A stretch of DNA of 64,000 nucleotides from Epithemia pelagica (lineage: Eukaryota > Protista > Bacillariophyta). The notes beneath the pieces are model-generated. The model had not been told where the DNA came from. It did not search any database and saw only the letters and a program-made list of their open reading frames with translations. The DNA is taken from positions 2,914,001-2,978,000 of the forward strand of contig OX337231.1 of NCBI GenBank assembly GCA_946965045.2. The letters are read 5' to 3'. A program made the translations under genes and the position numbers. Below, one piece after another: positions 23,271 through 34,224 of the stretch (positions are counted from its first letter, which is position 1; every line of letters starts with the position of its first letter).

Positions 23271-26250
23271 GTGTCAACGTCCAATCATCCAATGAAAGAT
23301 TCAAATCATGAGATAAACCATGCAAGAAGCATAATAATGAAATCGGAGTCAGTGGCTGGGAGCCGTCGTGGGAGGAGCCAACGCCATTATGGGCTGTGGA
23401 CTCTATGCGTGGTGGTGATCCTGTTGTGGTGTCGGATGGGACCACTGGTTTCGGGGGCTTTTCTTCCATCGGTTGCCAAACCATGGCGTGTATCATCTGA
23501 GAACTCGTTGAAATTGTTTCCCATGAGATTATGCTATCAAGACAGACACCAAACGTTCATGAGTCGTCTTGCGGCGGTCAACTCGAACGACGACGGTTCA
23601 TCCTCCTCAAGCGACACGGCAACAACATCCACACTGGAATCTCAGCAATCGACCGATGCCTCTTCCATTCCGGAAGAATCCGATGGAGCACCGTCCCAGC
23701 AGTACAAAGTCTTAGTGTGGGATAAGAAAAGAAGCGTTGAACCATCAAAGTCCGATAATGCATCATCCAACGAGGACCACTCCATTTCAGATGAGAAGAA
23801 TGGAGCAAGCCAGTCAATCACAAGTGAAAAGGCATTCCACGAATCGGAAACACGTCGTGTATCTAAGGATATTGAGCATGAATCAGTAGATATAACACAA
23901 CATTCTGTCGCGGACCGAGAAGTGGTAATTGAAACCAATGGTGAAGCCAAACGGAGTGAGGCAACTCCTCGTTCCGGCACATCGTCCCAACGACCATTGG
24001 AAATGTGGTCGTCGTCGGAGCAACGAAAAGTACGGAGACAACCCATTAAAGAGGACTCTGTGACCGTCGTACCGCCATCGAGTTTCAATGTCGTGTTGAC
24101 ACATGCCACGGCGGACTTTGATTCGCTCGCTTCGGCCGTTGGTTTGGCCAAACTATGGACTTCGCCGCAAAATGGTGTGACACCAACACCCTCCAATGTG
24201 AGCTCTACACAAAAGACATTTTTCAGTGCCAGTCATGTTCCAACCTTTGTGGTGTTACCACGAGGAGCCCATCCGGCAGTTCAACGGTTTTTGGCGTTGC
24301 ACAAACATTTGTTCCCCATTCGCTCGTTAAAGTCACTGCCGGAAGACTTGTCAGGCTTGAATCGACTCGCCCTGGTCGATGCGCAACGTCGTGATCGATT
24401 GGGGCCAGCAGAGGGATTGCTGGAACATGCTAAGCGGGTGGTAGTAGTAGATCATCATGTCGATCAAGAGTCCGATATCCCAGCTACCGACTATGTCGTT
24501 GATAAGGTCGGTGCTGTGTCAACCTTTGTCAGTGAATATCTGAAAGAAGAAGAAATTGAACTCACAGAGGCCGAAGCGGTAAGTTTGCTGGGAGATCGAT
24601 CTTGCTGCATTATTAAACTCCCATCTCTCATGTGTTGACAAACGCTTTCATGCACACTCGTCAGACCTTGATGGCGCTTGGTATTCATGCGGATACGGGA
24701 TCGTTGTGCTTTGACTCGACGACACCCCGAGATGCTCGTGCCTTGGCGTGGTGTTTGGAACAGGGTGCGAGTCAGAATGCAATTGCAGAGCACGCACAAA
24801 CAAGCCTGTCGCAAGAACAACAAAGTGTTCTTACACAGGCCTTGATTAATGTGAACTCAACGCAAGTACATGGCATCAGCCTCTCGACTGTCTTACTTTC
24901 GGCGGACGGATTTATCAACGGCTTGGCAGCTGTGACACAGGATGCATCAGATTTGAGTAGCAGTGACATTTTCTTGCTGGGAATGGTGTACGAGCCGCAC
25001 TCTCGGAGACGGCGGAAAACGAAATTGCAATCTGGTTCTCTTCTTACAGGCCCCTTGCTCAAAGCGGGACCAATTGTACCAAAATCTCCAGAAGAGACTG
25101 TTTTGTCAATGGAATACACAGATGCTTGGAAAGGTGGTAACGAGGCGAATCGGCTTCGTCAATTACGAGCTGCCTTTGACCGCAAAGACATTGATTCTTC
25201 TGGTTTCCTAGAGCGGGAAGAGATATCAGCGGCATTGGCGGCGTGTGATGTGATCGCGTCGGAACAGGCAGTGTCCAATTTGATGGATTCTATGGATGAC
25301 AATGGAGATGGAAAAGTTTCCTTTGAGGAATTTGTCAAGTTTGCCCATGAAGCAGAGAAGCCACATGAAGAGAGAGGGGCGAGTACTCTTATCCTTGTTG
25401 GACGAGTTAAAGCTGGTGTGAGTTTAAAAGCTGTGAAATTGAACAAACTTCTGGAGCGATTTGGGGGAGGAGGTCATGCCAAAGCGGCGTCGGCAACAGT
25501 GCGTTTGAATAACGAAAACGAAGCCGCAGATATTATGCAGGGCCTTGTGGATGAGTTGATTGAAACATACCTACAAGAACAACCAGCCGTGGGAGACTTC
25601 ATGACAGCGCCAGCCTTATCGATCAAAGCAAACATGAATGAAAAACAAGTCGAAGATTTGCTGACCAGAAATGATGTACGATCCCTACCAGTGGTTGATG
25701 AGGACCATAACGTGATCGGACTAGTTACGTACAAGGAAGTAGCGAGCGCCAAGGTAAATGAAACAGAATGGAGGTCTCTTCTTTTCTCTTGTTGCATCTC
25801 TTACAAAACATTGTTTTGATGATCTTTTCCATTTTTCTCCAGCAACGTCTATGGAACAAAGAACAAAAGCGCCTACGACGGGAACAAGCTGCACATGAGC
25901 GAGGAGAGGAACTCTCGGACGATGAGAGAAAGATCCTGCAAGATCGACGGGCTGCTGGAACAGCAGTCAAGGCATGGATGAAACAACATGTTCAAACTGT
26001 CGAGGCGTCTCGAACCATGGCCGAAGTGGAATCTATCTTGTTGGAAAATGACGTTGGTTGCATCCCAGTTGTGGCGGATGGGACACAACGGTTGGTAGGA
26101 ATGGTTACACGGACAGATTTGCTGCGACAACACCGTTACTACGCTTCCTTGCATTATCACAACAAGGGGTTTGCAGACAGCATTGCAAACCGGCGGCCAA
26201 TCATTGAACTGAGAAAACGCTTGAAAAAGTTTGATAACCTAGATGGTTGA
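23271..26250 (+). CDS. DHH phosphoesterase with EF-hand pair, DHHA1 and CBS pair; exons 23271-24578, 24665-25753 and 25843-26250; start uncertain
   Basis: THATADFDSLASA, LVD, VVVDHH, GIHADTG, GGGGHAKAASA. EF-hands DRKDIDSSGFLEREE and DDNGDGKVSFEE. Two CBS repeats. Possible presequence SGA-FLP. Confidence 0.85.
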
Positions 26251-26455
26251 CTCCAATGGTTATTTTACAGTGGCTCTGTGAAAATACCTTCGTTTGGCCA
26301 TGTCCGTGCCGTTAACATGGTCTCCAATCGCTGAACAGAAAGAAATTGTCACCAGAGGCTTCCTTACTCACGCAATCGGACAGAGAGTAAATCGCTAGCA
26401 AACATGCACTCACTCCATGTTCGCCTGAGAATACAAGTTACGTATGAAGATGTAG

Positions 26456-27239
26456 TTAGTTCGAAGAACAGGAGTACTCCGTCTGTGAAATAATGAGTGC
26501 AGCAATAAGACCATATAGTCCCAAGTTTGAGGCAAACACTTGAATGAGAATTGTTCCGACAAACAGAGCGTCGCCACTGGAGTTGACTTGTCCACCAGAG
26601 TCACCCGTGAAACCCATCTTCTTCCAAGAAGCATCCATGGCGGATTGTGCACCAACCGCTCGTGTTCCAGCATCAGCTGCTATTCCAATACTCAAACCAG
26701 ATGCGAGAGAGCAGAGACCACAACACAAACCGGCTGCCAAATGAGCAAAGCCATTGTATTGTGAATAAGTCGCCAGACCAGAGGCTTCTGGCACCGAAAA
26801 CTTTCCATTCAAAATAACAGCCACGATAAGGCCATAAATTCCCAATACACCAGCCATGACAACGGGGATAATGTTTCTCATCAACAGTTCTGGTGATCGA
26901 ATTCCCATTGCCATCAGCCCTAGACCGGCTTTTGCCGTTCCGTAAGCGCCACCAAGGTCTACATCAAACACACCGAGTAACAGAGACAATATCGTATAAT
27001 GAGACAAGAAGCCATGCAACAGGAGCCATAACAACCGCAGTTTGTCCTCGTCCACGACCTGACGTGATGTGTATGCACGTGGTACTTATGAAGCACTTAC
27101 TGGCAAGTACGACAGAGGCGGCGATTCCTCCAAAACCTAGTACGGGAGCCCATCGTGGACATGCGAATGAGATGTTGGCATCTTCATTGTATAACAGTTT
27201 TTGGAAATCATCGTTGGCGTTTTGGTCGTCGTCAGCCAT
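26456..27239 (-). CDS. VHA-c: V-type H+-ATPase proteolipid (subunit c-like), atypical; exons 27239-27101 and 26958-26456
   Basis: ANLGGAYGTAKAG, PELLMRNIIPVVMAGVLGIYGLIVAV, GFAHLAAGLCCGL.SLASG.SIG..ADAG.RA. Intron 26959-27100. Confidence 0.9.
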
Positions 27240-27701
27240 GATGAAATACTGGTTGGCTCAACAGAAGGAATTTGGTTCGTTGTCGTTTACTCTGTGTGGG
27301 TCGACTTCGATCGAGACTAGAGAGTCGAGAGGCAATGCACGAGAAAAGAGGAGCCCGTCCGGTTCTAAAGCCGATGCTGTCCGCGCCGAGCGTCATGTCA
27401 GCGATAATTCTATAAATCAGAACGCGGGTGCGGATAACCGTTAGACGGTCGTGCGCTCTCGGTTATCTCGAGCAATGATGCGAGTAACCATTATCCTTAA
27501 TATTAACTCTACTGCTTCCATCGTCTTCAAGCTCTAATGGCATAGCAAAATGTACAGTAATATAACATCTTTCTGTAGCAGTAGGATGGTGGGTCCATGG
27601 AGATCGGAGATCATCGGTATATTCCAATTTGAAAAACTGAAACTGCGGCAACCATTCATCTTGTTTCATCCTCCTTTTGACGAGTTCAACTAAGACGAAC
27701 A

Positions 27702-30700
27702 ATGCCCTCTGTTTCGTGGAGTCGAGATATTCGACGGCAAGAGGAGCAAGAAGCCAAACATAACGCCGATGTCGAGGCTTCCTTTGAGAATGTTTCGGCC
27801 ATGATCAAATCTTGGACATCGGATCGAGTTGGGAATATGCCGACAATTTCTCGTTACGACAGCCCTCTGGATTCGTTCCGTGGTGGTAGGGGATCCACAA
27901 ACGAAATCACCGCATGGATGAACGATCAAAGCAATGGGGTAGCCATGGGCGATGGAGAAGACTACGAAATTCTAGACGACATTGATACACCGGGTGCAGC
28001 GAGCAACCAAACACCGCCTCATTATCCCACGACACCAATGACGCGCGGACATCAAAGTAGGCTTAGTAGCAGTGGAGCTTTGGAACGTGCAGACACTCCT
28101 GTCATGAGCAATTCCAAACGGGGAGCTTCCGACGATGAGGACGACGAGAAGGCTGCGAACAACGTTGTCATGAACCGATATTCCACACTTCGAAAGAAAA
28201 AATCAATTCATTTTGAAGATAAAACACCCTCTCCTAACATTCATACACCTGCCGTCTCTCGTTCGATGGCGCGTACGAGCTACCGAACTCCAACGCCTTT
28301 TCAAAGCAGACGCGTGCCATGGACCGCTTCGCCACAACAGCTGTCATTGGAAGATCGCAATGAAGTTCGGACATGTCAGCGCTATCACGATGTGCTTTTG
28401 CAGTTCAGGAGAGCGAAACGCAGCTGGGTGGAACGAAGCGAGCTCGCATCGCAATCTACTGCGATTGTCCAGGTTGAGCCCTCTGAAAAAAGGCACAACA
28501 CATCTACCATGTGGAGTGAAGAAAATACTCGCAATCAAGTGGAGTTTCTGAGCAACCTTGCCACAATCTGTTATGAAGAACATCATCTTGTCGCGTCCAA
28601 CAAAGCTTCTGTTGATGAAAACAGCATCAGCAACAATCCATGTCGCGAAGGAAATTTCTGGAATATGTTGGCACATCTTCGAGGATTGGGCATGGATGCC
28701 TTATTGTGGCCTGAATCTTCCGCGTCAAATCACGTGTCGGAACTGGAACTCATTATGCAAAAGCATACTGCTGAAACCACACCACTGGAGAAGTTGCAGA
28801 GTCTTCGTACTCCCAACCGTGATGGGAGCACTTCACTAATGGAGCGTCGCTATGAACTGTTGTCATGGCTCGAAGATTGCTTCTACAAGCAATTGCCTTT
28901 CCCAGTCAAGACGTTCGAGAAGAACGATCTAGGGAACATCAATGTCGACTACAAAGAGAATTCAGAGCTCCATGCAACGCAGGGGTTACCGGAAACGACA
29001 AAAGACGCTGTACTCCTGCGCCAGTCGCTTTCCCTTGTTCTTGCGGGTCGGCTTTCACATGCTCTCGACCTTATGCGTTTCAACGGGTTGTCGTGGAGGG
29101 CTGCTGTTTGGGGTGGAGGTACTCCGTTTGGGTACGAGGATGTGGTTGACCAAAATTCGGTAGACGGCAGCAAAACGCGAGCCACGGGTAACCCTAACCG
29201 TGCCCTGTGGCAGTCCATGATGTGGAGATTAGTTGAGGAATCAAAACGTGCAACACACGAAGAAAGAGCCGTTACGTCTTTGCTGTGCAACAACGTCAAG
29301 TCGTCTTTCGACAACCCCGTACTACGCTCTTGGGAAAAAGCATTGTATGTTGGGCTTAAAGCCATTGTTGGTAGGACGGAGGATGTCGTGTTGTATCGAC
29401 AGAGCACCGACAAATTTGCTGCCGCCCATATAAAGGCAACTTCAGATATGGCGGATATGGATGAAGCAAGTCTTGTCAACACTTTGATGAGCACACCGTA
29501 TCAAGAAATGATGCAAGCAAATGATTTGTATGTCACCATGACAGCAGGTTTTCTGATCGGACAAACGGCAGTCAAAGTGCTTTTGGACGATATGGAGAAA
29601 AATATTCAACTCAGCAGTGGATACGACAGCACTGTTATGTTGAGGTTTGTCACTCATCTTTTGTTGTACCTAGATTCGACAATGGATGATGTAGAGAGTG
29701 CGAGTGTAGCGGCTTCCATTCGATGGGAATTGCAACAGATTCGCGACCGCATGGTTGTGGAGTACATGCAATCATTGGCAGAAAGAGAAATTTGGAATTT
29801 GGTTGTACTCTATTCTTCGTTCCTACCCACAGAGCTCATGCTCGAGTATTTGCCCCCGCTACTTGTTCCAGTGACCAACATTAACGACCAGAGGACAATC
29901 GTCAAGCAACTTCATGAAATTCAGAACGATATTGCGTTGCATGTGCTTCGGGTAACCGTCGAGCAACTTCAAGTACGACGTGCTCCGCAACAGAAAGTTG
30001 AGGAGAGCCAAGAGGAAACAACTCAAGATACTATGATAATAGAAGAGGGTGTTGATTCAGAAGGTGAATACACTGGTGTCCTAATGAACGCGCTTTCGTG
30101 GTTGTGTATCCATCAAGATCATGCACAAGAAGCACTGGTTTATTCCAATAGTTTGATTCGCCGATTTCTTCTTCGTGGTCAGTTAGAGGCCGTGTTCGAC
30201 TTTGTGGAACATATTCGCCCGACCAACCTTCTTGCAAACGTCGAAAAACTGGATGCTGATGAGGATCAACGAATGTTGGACGAAGAGGAAAGAAAAGAAC
30301 TTGATTATGCAATCGCGGAACATTGCATGTACGAAGCTTATTTGGTTGCCGAACGGGCTGTTACCTCTTGGTTTCAATGTATGGAGGAAGCTCTGGATTC
30401 AGCCACGGCACCTCGGTCTCCCTCGTTCATGAAGAATATGGAAGAGTGGAATGAAGTGGAGAGATCAATAGCCCTGACTGCAGAGCGGCGTCAGCTCATA
30501 AAGGAGAAGCGTGAACTAGCCTCTCGAGTAGTGGAGGCTGCTCATAGCGCACGTGAAGCTCTATTGGATGTTTTGACTTACCAAGGTGGATGGCTCTGGG
30601 ATGAAGAGCCAACTTCTGTTCCCAATTCGCGTGAAGGGGATATGCAAGGGAAAAGCGGGTTCGGATACCGAAAATCCCATGGAGAATGGGAAGCGTTGAG

Positions 30701-31076
30701 GAAGCAAGTGTTACCTCATGTGGCCATGTTGCATGGTCAAGTCTGTCAAGAAACGGCCGAGTGGATGTCCGAATCTCTCTTGCAAGGCTTTCTTTCTGAC
30801 CTTGCGTCGCTGTACCCAGAACCCAGTGCGGAGAACACATTTCTCACTGCTCTGATGCTCTTGGATCCTTCCGTTGAGGGAGAGGAACGGATTCCATTGA
30901 GCAGTAGCCCCCTGTCTCCAATCTTTTGGACGACCCAAGGTATGGAGTTGAACGACATTCTAGCATCGGATGCTTACAATATCCCCGTGCACGAACAAGC
31001 GGTGGCGGAAATGGCCAAACTGACCGTGGCGCATTTGCAATACAGCGCAAACTTGGATCAAAACCCAAGTCTCTAA
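27702..31076 (+). CDS. NUP107: Nuclear pore complex protein Nup107/Nup84
   Basis: 1124-aa single ORF with LVLAGRLSHALDL...WRAAVWGGG..F, GNPNRALWQ, ERAV..LLC, SWEKAL and LRFVTHLLLYL; disordered N-terminus. Confidence 0.8.
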   Translation: MPSVSWSRDIRRQEEQEAKHNADVEASFENVSAMIKSWTSDRVGNMPTISRYDSPLDSFRGGRGSTNEITAWMNDQSNGVAMGDGEDYEILDDIDTPGAASNQTPPHYPTTPMTRGHQSRLSSSGALERADTPVMSNSKRGASDDEDDEKAANNVVMNRYSTLRKKKSIHFEDKTPSPNIHTPAVSRSMARTSYRTPTPFQSRRVPWTASPQQLSLEDRNEVRTCQRYHDVLLQFRRAKRSWVERSELASQSTAIVQVEPSEKRHNTSTMWSEENTRNQVEFLSNLATICYEEHHLVASNKASVDENSISNNPCREGNFWNMLAHLRGLGMDALLWPESSASNHVSELELIMQKHTAETTPLEKLQSLRTPNRDGSTSLMERRYELLSWLEDCFYKQLPFPVKTFEKNDLGNINVDYKENSELHATQGLPETTKDAVLLRQSLSLVLAGRLSHALDLMRFNGLSWRAAVWGGGTPFGYEDVVDQNSVDGSKTRATGNPNRALWQSMMWRLVEESKRATHEERAVTSLLCNNVKSSFDNPVLRSWEKALYVGLKAIVGRTEDVVLYRQSTDKFAAAHIKATSDMADMDEASLVNTLMSTPYQEMMQANDLYVTMTAGFLIGQTAVKVLLDDMEKNIQLSSGYDSTVMLRFVTHLLLYLDSTMDDVESASVAASIRWELQQIRDRMVVEYMQSLAEREIWNLVVLYSSFLPTELMLEYLPPLLVPVTNINDQRTIVKQLHEIQNDIALHVLRVTVEQLQVRRAPQQKVEESQEETTQDTMIIEEGVDSEGEYTGVLMNALSWLCIHQDHAQEALVYSNSLIRRFLLRGQLEAVFDFVEHIRPTNLLANVEKLDADEDQRMLDEEERKELDYAIAEHCMYEAYLVAERAVTSWFQCMEEALDSATAPRSPSFMKNMEEWNEVERSIALTAERRQLIKEKRELASRVVEAAHSAREALLDVLTYQGGWLWDEEPTSVPNSREGDMQGKSGFGYRKSHGEWEALRKQVLPHVAMLHGQVCQETAEWMSESLLQGFLSDLASLYPEPSAENTFLTALMLLDPSVEGEERIPLSSSPLSPIFWTTQGMELNDILASDAYNIPVHEQAVAEMAKLTVAHLQYSANLDQNPSL

Positions 31077-31165
31077 ATTATTTATCTTTATTCTATGGAT
31101 TTCCCCCCTCTCGCTTGTATGGCACTGGTGACGACAATCTTTTGTCCACCATAACACCATGGTTT

Positions 31166-32371
31166 CTAGCAAATGACAAAATAGATGACCGACAAGAAAA
31201 TGCCGGTAGATAGAAGAGCATGTGTTCGACCACGATGTGCTGGGAGCAGTGGCAGCAAGGGCTTGGACGCATCACTGGAGGCAGCACCAAGTGTAATTGC
31301 CGAAGTTTGTTGGCCCCTGTTGGTACTCGACGGTTGTTCTGAAGGTTGCATTGATGGCGTCGCCGTTGGTCGAGTGGTAGGTACTTCGGAAGGAGACGGG
31401 GAGGGAGGATCCGAGAGGCCAGTACAACAGGCCTCTACCAAATCCGTTTCTTCCAAAAAGGTCGTGTTGCAATAGGTCTCGTCGGTAACGACGTAGGACA
31501 GTGCTTGTACATCTTGGCAGGTCATTTCTACCGTTATGGAACCCGCGGCAATATTTACAAGACGAGACGGATTTGTTAAGTTGCGTCCATGGCATAGGTC
31601 GCATGTATCGACAGGTTGGTCAGGGAGGTCGCTGGAGCAACAATAGGCGGATTCATCAATCAATGATGTTATTGGGTCTTGGAAATTGGAGCACTCGCTC
31701 TGTTTCAGATAAAACGGTGATTGAACATACATGTCCTGGCATGTCATTGTAAACGACGGTGGTAAAAGTCGATCGGCGGCCGCTGTAGTAGCTGTTGCAG
31801 ATACTGTAGGTGGTTCGCAAACAGCGTTACAGACAGGAAGTGGGGCATTTGGACAACCACAAAAGTGCGCTGCTCTTTGGAAGTCTTCACAGTGTCCTTC
31901 CGATCGTGGAATAAACAGCGAATCTACACATAATGAGCCCCCGGGAAGGGAAGAAAAGGGAATCCCTTTGAACTTTGTACTGTCCGGAATGTCAAAGGCA
32001 TCGTCGGCACACATGGAGCAGTACGAGGCTGGATAGGAAGGGCAACCGCAATACATGAAGGCTTCTACCTGCCAGAACTCACAGGCATCAGTATCGTCAA
32101 TGAAAGCGAGAGCGGTTTGTGCGGCCTGGCAACTCAAGGCCCCACCCGGCCATTCTCCTGTTGTCAACAAACTAGGTGTTCCATCATTGTAGCACAACGA
32201 GCAATACCCATGCACACGTGTGAGAACATGGCCAAGGAGAACAAGACATAGGCAAATCTGTCTTTCCCTCAGCACTCGTATTCTTGGCTTGGTTCTCATG
32301 ACATGATGTTCGACTCTTGACCGTGGTCGATGCCTCAGATCGCTTTCGCTTGTACCACTCATTCTTAACAT
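31166..32371 (-). CDS. Cys-rich modular cell-surface protein with Pro/Ser/Thr stalk and hydrophobic C-terminus
   Basis: Four CxxC...C...C...C(G)C modules, a signal-like segment (CLCLVLLGHVLTRVHG), PSPSPSEVPTTRPTATPS and a C-terminal TM/GPI-like tail. Confidence 0.7.
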   Translation of the reverse strand: MLRMSGTSESDLRHRPRSRVEHHVMRTKPRIRVLRERQICLCLVLLGHVLTRVHGYCSLCYNDGTPSLLTTGEWPGGALSCQAAQTALAFIDDTDACEFWQVEAFMYCGCPSYPASYCSMCADDAFDIPDSTKFKGIPFSSLPGGSLCVDSLFIPRSEGHCEDFQRAAHFCGCPNAPLPVCNAVCEPPTVSATATTAAADRLLPPSFTMTCQDMYVQSPFYLKQSECSNFQDPITSLIDESAYCCSSDLPDQPVDTCDLCHGRNLTNPSRLVNIAAGSITVEMTCQDVQALSYVVTDETYCNTTFLEETDLVEACCTGLSDPPSPSPSEVPTTRPTATPSMQPSEQPSSTNRGQQTSAITLGAASSDASKPLLPLLPAHRGRTHALLSTGIFLSVIYFVIC

Positions 32372-33360
32372 GGGTTTACGTCAATTTTGTGCTGACCTCT
32401 TTGTGCTTTCCCCTGTTTCGTGGCTTCATTTTATACGACTGATGTCCCGATCCCAACGTAAGATCGAAGATGGATACACACGACATGGCTCGCATTGGAT
32501 TGGTCGACGACATGCTCTCCTGTTCTCGTGTTGGTGGGGTTTCTATAATTGACTGTAGGATTCCATCGAATCCTACAGTACATAAAGCAGAGGGAAAAGT
32601 GGAGCCGGGCGGAATCTCAATCCCTTACATCTACAAATCTCTTGCATGCGCGCAGCGACAGTCCAACAGATACAATGGATCTGACCACGTGCCTGGGAAC
32701 CATGGAATCCAACACAAGACTGAAGAAGCAAATCCCTCACAAACTACAACAGAAAACAGAGTTTTTTTTGGTGATGACATTGCGATGATGGCAACCCCAA
32801 ACCACCGCATGATGCCCAGTCAGAAGTCAAAGTTCTGTCCCTGAACCTTGAGACACGTCGCCGCAATAAATCTCAGGCTGGATCTGTCTTTAACTTCTGA
32901 ATTTGGTGTGTACCATATACCATAGCAAGATTACAGACATCTGATCGAGGAAAGCGCACCAACCAAATCGGTCGCCATGCTATTGTAACACAAATTCGAT
33001 GCCACATAGAAGAAACCCTCTCTGAAAGTGACCCTCTCCACCAAAGCCAGAGGACCCCCCGTGACAGTGGAGATGAGCAATGGAAGAATCGGAAAGAGAA
33101 CCAGACACGCCATGAGGGCCGACATCTGATTTAGACTTCTGCTGCTCTGGAGACTTCATTATGTGAGAGTTTGAGTTGATGGAACATCAAATTGCTTTTT
33201 TGGCACCTCATGATTCATGACCCTGCGATTTCGCCCGACACTCCGACATGAGCCCCTACAGCGCGACCGTGGATCCCAGGGAGTCGCTCAACGGCCAGTC
33301 CGTCTGTCGCCGACCATGATCTACGTGTGAGCAAAATTTTCGATCAAATTCAAATCCACC

Positions 33361-34140
33361 ATGACCATGGAGGAAAAGAAGCCATCCAACACCAAACGTG
33401 AAGCGGTAACTGCAGCAGAGTTCGTCCGGCGCCAGCAGAAGAGGAAAAAGAGGAAACTCCCATCGAGATCAGAGGAACCCTATCTGAAAACGAGTGCCAA
33501 AGTGACGACTTCTGTAGAGGCAGAGCCTTTCGTGGATATTGATAAAGAGATTGCTCGACTTGAAGCAGAACTCGCGAGAGACGACGAAGACGAGACCGTC
33601 AGCCATAGTAGCAATGACGATAGGGTTCTGAAGGCAAAACACGAGGAGAAGATTTCCGGTGATGCTTCATCAGATGGAATAGTATGCCTTTCCTCACTAA
33701 AGAATGAACGTATAGAGAGTCTGCCAGAGCAGTATCTACCACAAGCTCCCAAGACTCGTTCCGCTACAGGAAAACAACGAAAGAAATCAAATGATGATCA
33801 GTGTTCGGGATTGGAGAAGGCAGTCAAGGAGGTATTGAGTGGATACGTTCCTCGGTCTTCCGAGAGAATACCCTTTTATTGCCGAGTTTGTCAAAAGCAA
33901 TACTCCAACGAAAAAGAATTCTTTGAACATCGCACATCTGAATTTCATGTTGCAGCAGCAGAGGCAGAACGTAAAGCTTCTTATTGCAAGTTATGTCGAA
34001 AGCAATTAACGAGTCCTGCCCAGTTGCAAGAGCACCTCAAATCCAAACCACACAAGGAACGGTTGCAGCGACTGTCATCCTCCAACCCTCGCAACAGGCG
34101 AAGACCTTACACCAGTGGGTCTTGTACGCCATCAAAGTAG
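33361..34140 (+). CDS. Double C2H2 (U1/matrin-like) zinc-finger protein
   Basis: FYCRVCQKQY...FFEHRTSEFH and YCKLCRKQL...LQEHLKSKPH. Confidence 0.8.
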   Translation: MTMEEKKPSNTKREAVTAAEFVRRQQKRKKRKLPSRSEEPYLKTSAKVTTSVEAEPFVDIDKEIARLEAELARDDEDETVSHSSNDDRVLKAKHEEKISGDASSDGIVCLSSLKNERIESLPEQYLPQAPKTRSATGKQRKKSNDDQCSGLEKAVKEVLSGYVPRSSERIPFYCRVCQKQYSNEKEFFEHRTSEFHVAAAEAERKASYCKLCRKQLTSPAQLQEHLKSKPHKERLQRLSSSNPRNRRRPYTSGSCTPSK

Positions 34141-34224
34141 GAGTAGCGTTTAGTCTCACACCTTACTTGCTGTCGAGATGCTTGCGACGGCTGTTGCTAC
34201 GATTCTCAGCCATCATGCTTTTTG

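Noticed and set aside
32931-33125. 64-aa hydrophobic minus-strand ORF
   Set aside because: It is short, I found no splice continuation, and it has no recognisable motif.
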